Virus record (IMG/VR): IMGVR_UViG_3300016474_000132
Coordinates: 1-45,902 of that record
DNA from: a virus
Taxonomy: Duplodnaviria > Caudoviricetes
Reading direction: 5' to 3' (one strand)
Length of the DNA: 45,902 bases
Shown: positions 8,256-16,400 of the stretch, one piece after another
Position numbering within the stretch: the stretch's first letter is position 1
Layout: each line of letters begins with the position of its first letter
Position numbers and translations under genes: made by a program
Notes under the pieces: model-generated
Told to the model about the DNA's origin: nothing
Database searches by the model: none
The model's input: the letters and a program-made list of their open reading frames with translations, nothing else

Positions 8256-11216
8256 GTGTTGGACACTACAGACTTTTTCACTCGCATTTTTTCCAACCTT
8301 GACGAGATTATCATTTGTGGGTTGCGCCCTGGTGGAATTTTCTTCAATGATTCCACGCACAACTCTGTAGCCACTGCGGCTGCTCGCGCGTTGGAGCTGG
8401 ATGCTGAACCGTACACATCGGTGTATTTCAGCATTGGTTCGTTCGCTAACGCAGTGCAGATCGAGAATGGTAAGCCCAAGGTGCGCCGCACCAGTGACCT
8501 CGCGACGTGGTTCAAGACCCTGGCGCTCGACCTCGACATCGGGGAGAAGAAGCCATACGCCACGCAGAAGGAGGGCTGGCAAGCGCTCAACGGAGCCCTG
8601 AAGGCGATCGGCATGCCGACGCCCATGGTGGTCTCCTCCGGCAACGGACTGCACTGCTACTGGCCGATGACCGTGGCCATCAAGCGCGACGATTGGGTGC
8701 GGATCTCCAAGGCGCTGCGGCTGGCGCTGGAGGACCACGGCGTGCAGATCGACACGACCAAGATCCACGACGCCACCATGGTGCTGCGCCCGGTCGGCAC
8801 ACACCACAAGAAGCAGGAGCCATGGAAGCAGGTCCACGCGGTCATCGACTGCGACGACCACGACCCCAAGGTACTGGTCGGCATCCTGCAGCGTTGGGTG
8901 GATCAGGTGCAGGTCGCCAAGGCGCAGATCGCGCGCAGCGCCAAGGGAGCGTCCAGCATCGCCACGGCGATCACGCAGACCAACGACGTGGACCTCGACA
9001 AGGTCGCCAACCAGTGCGCGCAGGTCCATGGGCTGGTGTACACCGGTGGCGTCGAGGACATCGCCGGCAACCTCGTCGAGGAGCCGATGTGGCGCGTGTC
9101 GCTGGGGCTGGCCAAGTACGCCATCGACGTCAAGGAAGCGGTGATCAAGATCGCCGGCAAGCACCCTGACTTCGACCTCGACGCCAACATGGCCAAGATG
9201 AACGCGTGGAAGGGAAGTGGCCCACCAACGTGCGACGCCTTCGAGAACCTGTGCCCTAGCGGCTGCATTGGCTGCCCGCACAAGAGCAAGGTCAAGACGC
9301 CCGCATCGCTGACTCACTTCCAAGAGGTGGTAGCCGAGCCCGATCCGGTGACCGGAGAAGCCACCAAGCGCGAGATGCCGCCTGGGTACGAGCAGCGGGA
9401 GAACGGCTCGATCTGGAAGCTCGGTGCGTCCAAGACCGAGGAGGACGTCGATGAGCAGGGCAACGCCATCGAGAAGTCCAGCAAGGAAGACGACAAGATG
9501 GTGCTGGACCGTCCGATCCATGTGATCAACGAGTTCTACGACAACGCCAGCAAGAAGGCGAGCTTCCGCATGATCGTCAAGCAGCCGGATGGTCGCTGGG
9601 AGGAAGGAGACCACTCCGTCGATGTGCTGTCTACCCTGGGCAAGGACTTCTCGTCCTTCGTCCTGAACCGCAAGATCTACACCGCCAAGCATGCGGGTGC
9701 GCAAGAACTTCTACGAGGATACCTGATGGACTACCTGACTCTGGTTCAGAAGATGGCCCCCACCGGCCAGGACTTCTCTGCCTTCGGTTGGCAGGAAGAC
9801 GGCTCGTTCCTTTGTGGCGAGCGTGTACTCAACTCCCCAACCGGCAACACCCAGCGCCGCCTGAAGAAGCCGGCCGACCGCTTCGCGGACATCATCAAGC
9901 CGCACGGCGACCGCGACAAGTGGATCGAGGCCATGCGGATGCTGAACCGCCCCGGCTCGCAGACGATCCGCTCGGCAGTGCTGCTGGCGACGGCAGGCAT
10001 CCTGGGCCCGGTGGCCGGCAACGCGTCGATGGTGGTGTCGATCTACTCGACGGAGACCACGACCGGCAAGTCGCTGGCGCTCATTGCCGCCAACAGCCTG
10101 ATCGGCTCCCCCAAGGAGCTGTTCATGAACAAGAACGACACGGCAAACGCGCTGTTCAAGGTTCGCGGCATCCTGAACAACCTGCCCTGCACCATCGACG
10201 AGCTGACCTCGGCCGGCGACCACGACGTGGTCAACCTCGCCTACGACCTGAGCCAGGGCCGGGAGAAGCTGGCCATGTCCAAGGATCGCGACATCCGCGA
10301 GCCGGTGAAGTGGGATGGCCCCACGCTGATCACGACCAACATCTCGCTGCACCAGAAGTTCGAGTACGCCCAGGCCAACAACGACCCGCTCAAGGCCCGC
10401 ACGCTGGAGCTGCCGCACCACGACCGCACGTTCATCAAGACCGACGCCACTGGCTCGAGCAACGGCTATGAGTTCTTCGACCTCGTGGCCGAGAACAACG
10501 GCTGGGCATTCCCGGAGCTGGTCGAAGCTGTGTGCAACCTGGGTGGCGCCAAGGAGGTGTGGGCCAAGGGCGAGAAGGCGTTCTTTAAGAAGTTCAACTT
10601 CACCTTCGAGCCGCAGGAGCGCTTCTACCGCACCGGCATCATTGCGGGCTGGATCATCGGCACCATCGGCAAGCAGATCGGCCTGTTCCCGTTCGACGTC
10701 AACGACACCATCGAGTACCTGCTGGACCACGTCGTCAAGTTCCGCAAGGAGACCCTGAACAACCGTCAGGACGTGTTCGACGTCATTGGCCAGTTCCTGC
10801 AGGAGCACAACGACCGCATCATCGAGGTGTCGGAGGTCTATGGCTCGAAGAAGGAACAGGTCCGCATGCCGGCCCCAGAACGCGCCGTAGCGCGTCTCAA
10901 ACTCGTGTACGACACCAATACCCCGGTCATGCCCGGCAGCATGCTGGCGATCAACCTGGGCACGTTCAAGGCGTGGCTGCAGCGCGTGCGGGACTCCTCG
11001 GATCGGATCTGCCGCGAGCTGGAGCAGAACGGTGCATTGATCGCCGAGCGCGAGCGCGTTACCATGTTCAAGGGCTGCGCCAACCGCAACCCGGGCCAAG
11101 CCCACTGCATCCTCATCAACCTCAACCACCCGCGTTTCATCGACGCCCTGACCGGCACCAGCGCTCGCGTGCAGAGCCCTGTGGCGCTGGCCGTCCTCCA
11201 AGGAGATCAAGCATGA
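8256..11216 (+). CDS. primase-helicase (AEP/RepB-like primase, Cys cluster, DUF927, P-loop helicase)
   Basis: ALDLD, VVSSGNGLHCYW, VLRPVGT, PPTC..CPSGCIGCPH, FGWQEDGSF (DUF927-like), Walker A TTTGKS, Walker B TIDELT. Confidence 0.88.
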   Translation: MLDTTDFFTRIFSNLDEIIICGLRPGGIFFNDSTHNSVATAAARALELDAEPYTSVYFSIGSFANAVQIENGKPKVRRTSDLATWFKTLALDLDIGEKKPYATQKEGWQALNGALKAIGMPTPMVVSSGNGLHCYWPMTVAIKRDDWVRISKALRLALEDHGVQIDTTKIHDATMVLRPVGTHHKKQEPWKQVHAVIDCDDHDPKVLVGILQRWVDQVQVAKAQIARSAKGASSIATAITQTNDVDLDKVANQCAQVHGLVYTGGVEDIAGNLVEEPMWRVSLGLAKYAIDVKEAVIKIAGKHPDFDLDANMAKMNAWKGSGPPTCDAFENLCPSGCIGCPHKSKVKTPASLTHFQEVVAEPDPVTGEATKREMPPGYEQRENGSIWKLGASKTEEDVDEQGNAIEKSSKEDDKMVLDRPIHVINEFYDNASKKASFRMIVKQPDGRWEEGDHSVDVLSTLGKDFSSFVLNRKIYTAKHAGAQELLRGYLMDYLTLVQKMAPTGQDFSAFGWQEDGSFLCGERVLNSPTGNTQRRLKKPADRFADIIKPHGDRDKWIEAMRMLNRPGSQTIRSAVLLATAGILGPVAGNASMVVSIYSTETTTGKSLALIAANSLIGSPKELFMNKNDTANALFKVRGILNNLPCTIDELTSAGDHDVVNLAYDLSQGREKLAMSKDRDIREPVKWDGPTLITTNISLHQKFEYAQANNDPLKARTLELPHHDRTFIKTDATGSSNGYEFFDLVAENNGWAFPELVEAVCNLGGAKEVWAKGEKAFFKKFNFTFEPQERFYRTGIIAGWIIGTIGKQIGLFPFDVNDTIEYLLDHVVKFRKETLNNRQDVFDVIGQFLQEHNDRIIEVSEVYGSKKEQVRMPAPERAVARLKLVYDTNTPVMPGSMLAINLGTFKAWLQRVRDSSDRICRELEQNGALIAERERVTMFKGCANRNPGQAHCILINLNHPRFIDALTGTSARVQSPVALAVLQGDQA

Positions 11217-11701
11217 ACCAGTACATCGGCACCAAACTGATCCGAGCCCAGGCCATGAGCCGGGCCGAGTACAACGCCTATCGCGGCTGGACCGTGCCGG
11301 CCGACGAGAACGGCGAAGACGCCGGCTATCTGGTGGAATACCTGGACGGCGGCCAGAGCAATCACCCCAATCACGTTGGCTACATCTCCTGGTCGCCGGC
11401 CGATGTGTTTGACCGAGCATACCGGCCGACCACCGGCATGAGCTTTGGTTTGGCGCTTGAGGCGCTGAAGCTGGGTCGTTGTGTGTCGCGCGCAGGCTGG
11501 AACGCGGCAGGGCAGTTTGTGTATCTGGTCCCTGCAAACAGCTACCCTGCGCAGACCGATGTAGCCAAGGCGCACTTCGGAGCCGGCGCTCTGGTGCCGT
11601 ATCGCGCGTACTTGGCGCTCAAGACAGTGCAGGGGGACGTCGCCACCTGGGCCCCTAGCGGCAGCGACACGCTGGCCGAAGACTGGATGCTGGTTGACTG
11701 A
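11213..11701 (+). CDS. two-domain protein: unknown N-domain fused to DUF2829 (Tad2-like nucleotide-signal sponge)
   Basis: C-half MSFGLALEALKLGRCVSRAGWN..WAPSGSDTLAEDW is the DUF2829 signature; N-half YIGTKLIRA..GYLVEY.DG..YISWSPADVFDRAY; ATGA overlap with the primase stop. Confidence 0.8.
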   Translation: MNQYIGTKLIRAQAMSRAEYNAYRGWTVPADENGEDAGYLVEYLDGGQSNHPNHVGYISWSPADVFDRAYRPTTGMSFGLALEALKLGRCVSRAGWNAAGQFVYLVPANSYPAQTDVAKAHFGAGALVPYRAYLALKTVQGDVATWAPSGSDTLAEDWMLVD

Positions 11702-11710
11702 GGAGTAGAA

Positions 11711-12103
11711 ATGTTTCACATCGAATCCCCCCGCACCGGCGATCAAGCGGTAGATCAACTGATCAAGGCCAAGGGCGCAGACAAGGCGCCGCGCATCACG
11801 CCGGCAGACATCGATGGCAACATCGTGAAGGAGGTCTACTTCACTGCTGCCGAGGGCATTGCTGGGCACGCGACCATGACCGGCGATTACTCGAAGACGA
11901 TCACCACCGAGCACACGTTGCTGACCTTCTGCGTTTTGACCCTGCGCAACGGCTTCACCGTCACCGGCGAGAGCGCCTGCGCCAGCCCGGAAAACTTCGA
12001 CGCGGAGATTGGGCGAAAGATCGCACGTGAGAACGCTGTAAACAAGCTGTGGCCGCTGATGGGCTACGAACTGAAATGCCATCTGGCAAGGGGCGAAGCA
12101 TGA
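11711..12103 (+). CDS. Phage_gp49_66-family protein (probable Acb4-like anti-CBASS sponge)
   Basis: APRITPADID..LTFCVLTLRNGFTVTGESACASPENFDAEIGRKIARENAVNKLWPLMGYEL; RBS AGGAG. The Acb4 link is from recollection and needs HMM confirmation. Confidence 0.75.
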   Translation: MFHIESPRTGDQAVDQLIKAKGADKAPRITPADIDGNIVKEVYFTAAEGIAGHATMTGDYSKTITTEHTLLTFCVLTLRNGFTVTGESACASPENFDAEIGRKIARENAVNKLWPLMGYELKCHLARGEA

Positions 12104-12564
12104 GCATTGACACCATCGAACTCTGGCACCGCCGTGCCAGGAGCAAGCCCACGGCGCAGGACTTTCAGGTGCAGCTCGGCTGTCATCTGGAGGAGGTGGC
12201 GGAGATGTTGGCCGACCTGAAGTTCTGCTTCATGGACGACTCAGCAGCCACTACGCACGAGGGCAAGGACGTCGCGCTGTACTTCGGGCTGGTGGCGATG
12301 GCTGACATGCTCAAGAGCGGTGAGGTGTCCGTCATACTGCCGCCCGCGCGACGCGCCAACTTCGCCAAGGAGCTGGCCGATCAAGTGGTCACGGCCGTAG
12401 GCGTCGGCTACTGCGCTGGCATGGAGATGGAAGAGGCGGTCAAGCGGGTCAATCGCAGCAACTGGAGCAAGTTCGGCGACAATGGACAACCAGTCCGGGG
12501 CGAGAACGGCAAGATCACCAAGGGGCACAACTATGCCCCGCCGGACCTGACCGGGTGCTATTAA
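12100..12564 (+). CDS. MazG-like / PRA-PH all-alpha NTP pyrophosphohydrolase
   Basis: HLEEVAEM, KELADQVVTAVG, V.RSNWSKF, GKITKG.NY..PDL. Confidence 0.85.
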   Translation: MSIDTIELWHRRARSKPTAQDFQVQLGCHLEEVAEMLADLKFCFMDDSAATTHEGKDVALYFGLVAMADMLKSGEVSVILPPARRANFAKELADQVVTAVGVGYCAGMEMEEAVKRVNRSNWSKFGDNGQPVRGENGKITKGHNYAPPDLTGCY

Positions 12565-12577
12565 GGAGCGAACAACC

Positions 12578-12829
12578 ATGCCACGTGATTACAAGTCTGA
12601 GTATCAGAATTATCATTCAAAGCCCGAGCAGATCGCCAACCGGGCCAAGCGCAACGCCGCGCGTGCGGCCATGGAGAAGAAGGGCGTCGTGAGCAAGGGG
12701 GACGGCAAGGACGTCGACCACAAGACGCCGATTGCCAAGGGTGGCGGCAACGGTGCCGGCAACCTGCGGGCTGTGCCGGCGTCCAAGAACAGGTCATTTG
12801 CCCGCACCAAGAACGCCGGCATGAAGTGA
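12578..12829 (+). CDS. small HNH endonuclease
   Basis: RDYKSEY..RAKRNAAR..GDGKDVDHKTPIAKGG.N...NLR.VPASKNRS; RBS AAGGAG. Confidence 0.85.
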   Translation: MPRDYKSEYQNYHSKPEQIANRAKRNAARAAMEKKGVVSKGDGKDVDHKTPIAKGGGNGAGNLRAVPASKNRSFARTKNAGMK

Positions 12830-12838
12830 TCACTTCAT
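12821..12838. repeat. perfect 18-bp palindrome ATGAAGTGATCACTTCAT at the convergence of the two gene arms
   Basis: Read directly; formed by ATG-AAG-TGA ending both converging genes. Confidence 0.9.
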
Positions 12839-12988
12839 CTTAGGCTTGGCTTTGCCCTTGCCGTGGACGCCTTCCTTGGCTTCCATCTTCTTGTAGGCCA
12901 TGGGGCTCTTTGCCTTCATGGCCTTTTCCTTTTTCTCTTCCATCTTCGACTCTTTGCCCATGAACATGGGTGCTTTCTTCGTTGCCAT
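12830..12988 (-). CDS. 52-aa Lys/Met-rich protein (MATKKAPMFMGKESKMEEKKEK...)
   Basis: Not in the ORF track; TGATG coupling to the upstream gene; RBS AGGAG. Confidence 0.7.
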   Translation of the reverse strand: MATKKAPMFMGKESKMEEKKEKAMKAKSPMAYKKMEAKEGVHGKGKAKPKMK

Positions 12989-13146
12989 CACTTGGCTCCT
13001 TTCTTGGTTGGGGTAGTGGGTTTGCCTTTGCTGTCGGCCACCATCTTCTTGGCGGTCTTCATCGGCACACCGACCTTCTTGGCGAAGGCGGGGTCATGCG
13101 CAGCGGCGCGCATCATGTTGGCTTGCTTCTGGGATTTGAAGGGCAT
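12988..13146 (-). CDS. 52-aa basic phage protein (MPFKSQKQANMMRAAAHDPAFAKKVGVP...)
   Basis: ATG just after the upstream stop; resembles a recurrent small phage family. Confidence 0.75.
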   Translation of the reverse strand: MPFKSQKQANMMRAAAHDPAFAKKVGVPMKTAKKMVADSKGKPTTPTKKGAK

Positions 13147-13148
13147 GG

Positions 13149-13418
13149 TCAGCAGTTCCAGGCTTTGAGGGACTTGTTGATGCGGGAGTTGGGATCCTTC
13201 GCTGTTTTCTCGCTCGTGAGCTTTTCTTTCATCCCCTGCATTCTTGAGCAAAATGACTTGCGCCTTGCGGAGTCCTTCTCGTTCTTGGGGTTCGGCGCCG
13301 GGGGCTTGAGCCCGGGCTTGCCCGGGTTGGCCTTGTTGTAGCTAGTGCGGCCCTTGGCGTTCAGACCCCCTTTTTCAGACTGCCCTTCCTTGCGCTGCCA
13401 AGCGGGTGTCTTAGGCAT
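13149..13418 (-). CDS. basic phage protein, DUF6321-like
   Basis: AWQRKEG...GGLNAKGR.SY..RRKSFCSRM.GMK..DPNSRINKSL.AWNC. Confidence 0.75.
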   Translation of the reverse strand: MPKTPAWQRKEGQSEKGGLNAKGRTSYNKANPGKPGLKPPAPNPKNEKDSARRKSFCSRMQGMKEKLTSEKTAKDPNSRINKSLKAWNC

Positions 13419-16400
13419 TACTTGCCCTCCTGTACGTTGGTGATGTCTTCAACCATGCGAGCATGCAACTCGCGCAGCTTCTCGTCAAGGGCTGCGTAGT
13501 CCGGGGATCCTTCGCGGGCTTCCTTGCGGGCAGCGTCGCGCATGGCGGCGCGGTATTCGCGCTGCAGCTTCTGGATCTCGATGCCACGGTACAGGGTCTG
13601 GTCGTCGACGTTGAACGTGTTGAGCGACAGGCCCAGGGTGCGCAGCAGTGGTAGGGTGCTGACCGCCGAACCCGTGATAGTTTTGTCGCCTGTCAGCACA
13701 GCGCCAGCGGTCTCGAACTGCTTGGTCGACAGCGCCGGGGTCACTGCCGTGTTGTAGACGAACTTGGTCGAGGTCACCAACTTCTGGAAGTCGGTGTCGG
13801 TCACCTTGTGGATGTCCTTGCCGGTGTACGGGTCGACGCCCCCAACCAGCGCGATGGCCACGCTCAAGAACGGATTGCTCGGGGTGATCATGGACGGGAT
13901 CCAGTCGATGCCCATGAAGCCCTGTGGCTGGCCCTTGAGCGCCGATGCCATCGGGATCCAGTTGCCCAGCGGGTAGTAGACCGGGTTCTTCTCGTCGCCC
14001 AGGCCAGGGATGCGGACGTTGATGTAGGGGCCGATGCCGTACACGCGCTCGCGCATCGCCTCGGGGCCTTTCTTGCGCAGCTCCTCGTCGTCCTCGGTCT
14101 CCAGCAGCGCCGCCAGCACGTAGTACATGGTCAGCAGGTTGGCCAGACGCCACGGCGAGTGCAGGGCGATGCGGCCCAGCACCGGGATGATGCCGTAGGT
14201 GAACGAGATGAACGGGAAGAAGGTCTGGCGAGCCCAGCGCACTGCCTTGGAGTCGATGTCGTAGTCCACGAAAGCGCCAGCAGCGAACTTGCCTGCCATG
14301 CGCATGATCTCGGCATCGGCAACCGCTTTGCCTTGCTGGAGCTGCAGCTCGCCGGCCTTGTTCAGGAAGGCGGCCAGACGGAACACGTTGTCCTCGACGG
14401 CGTAGGCCTCCTCCATCACGCGGGCGGCGACCTTGACCCCGTTGACCACCTTCTCCGCACCGCCGCGCTTGTTGCCGATGGTCCGCAGGGCCATGGCTTT
14501 GGCCTTCTCGTAGTTCATCGCCGCCATGATGTCGCCAGTCAGAGATGTGGCCTCGGTGCGGTCACGTAGGGCGTTGTAGATGGCGTCCTTGACCTCGCTG
14601 CTCGAGTAGTCGCCCAGCATGGCGCCGGAGTTCATGAACGAGGAGATCAGCTTGCGCTGCTCGTCGGACAGCGTGTCCGGGCGGATGGAGAATGCGGCGT
14701 AGATCCTGGCGGCTTCGCCCAGCGCCTTGAACGAGATACCGTGCAGAGACATCAGCGCCAAGTTGGAGCCGATGTTGGTCAGGTGGGTCGACGGGTTGTA
14801 GACCGTCTTGGACTTCTTGAACCACTGCAGCCCTTGGCGATACATGCGGCTGTTGACCAGTGGGGTGCGGTCGCTCATGTCCTGCAGCGCGGTCCACGTC
14901 GGGCCCGGCATGAACTTGCCGGCGAGGTCGCCATAGGCCGGCTGGTCCGGCACTTTGACCCACATGCCCGGCTGGCGCAGCAGGTTGCGCACATCCTTGG
15001 CCTTGGTGGCGCCTTCGGACAGGTCGATGAGCTGCGAGTCGCGCAGCGCGTAGCCGCCGTTGGCGACCTTGGCTGCTTCCTGGCTGTCGAACGCGACCGA
15101 GATCTCGGTGGGTTGGCCGTTCTCGTAGCCGAAGCTGGCAGCCGAGGTGAAAAAGGTACGCGAAGCGTAGTTGCCGGCCAGTGCTGCCATGGTGTTGCGC
15201 AGCGCGTTGGCCAGATCAGCAGCCTTGCCTGCATCCAGCGCCTGGGCCGGCGTCATGTTCGACGTGTAGAAGTAGCCCTTGTCGTTGAAGTGCGTCATGC
15301 GCCAGACGCGGCTGCGGTCGATGGTGTACCCCGCTTGTAGCGGCACCGTGCCAGCGTCTGCAAGCTCGCGGCTGATGTAGCCCTGCAATGCGATAACGGT
15401 CTCTGCGCCTTTCGCGGCAGGGCCATAGACGCGGTAGTAAGTGTCCTTGTAGACCGGGGCGCCGTTGGCATCTTTTTTCACCCACGGGGCGTGTATGGTG
15501 TGCTGCTTGTCCTCTTGCAGACCGATGATCTCGCGCAGCTTGCGCGCACCCAGCGACGTGCTGGCGACTTGTGCCGAGCGGTCAGCATACAGCAGGGACT
15601 CGGACAGCTTGTGGCCTTGGAAGTATGCTTGGTCGCTGGCCGGCAGCAGGTCGATGTACTCGTCGAGCCATGCGTTGACCTTGTCGGCGATCTCGGCGTA
15701 GACCGCGCCTCCCTTGACGTTGTCCAGCGCCTGCTTGTTGCCGTCGAGGTAGTCGAAGATGGCCAGCACCGTGTCGCGATCCTGGGTCTCCACGAGGTGC
15801 GCGAGGTACTCAGCCTGCACGTAGCCGACGTTCTTGTTGTACTTGAACGTGTCCATGTACTCGGAGAAGCCCGGCGGGACGTTGATGCGGCTGTGGATCA
15901 GGCTCAGGTAGCCCGAGAGCGACGGGAACTTCTCTTGGATGTACTTGTTGAGCCTCGGCATGTGCTTGTTGAGTGCCGGGCTGATCTTGCCCCAGCCGAC
16001 CATGTCGAACATCCAGCGGGTGCTCAACAGCACTGGCGCGGTCTTGGTGGCGTACTGGCGCAGATCCTGCGGGGTCATCACCGGCATCGGGTTCTGCGGG
16101 GTGGGCTGGGCCTGCACGATCGGCGCGCCGCTGGCGATGGCTGCCTCGAGGATGTTGTAGCCTTGGCGCTGCAGGGTAGTCTCCTGCGCCTGAATATCCT
16201 TAACCAGCTTCACGTTGCCCTGCATCACTTGGTACGTGTTGCGGATCACGTCGGCGGCCACCGACCTGCTGGTGCCGAGCAGGCGCTCAACTACCGCCAC
16301 AAGGGCGTTCCAGACGTCATCTAGCAACCCATGGGTGTGGGTGGTGGGGTCAGCCGACGTAGTCATCTCCAGCACCGAGCGGAACTCGTTGTGGGTGTTC

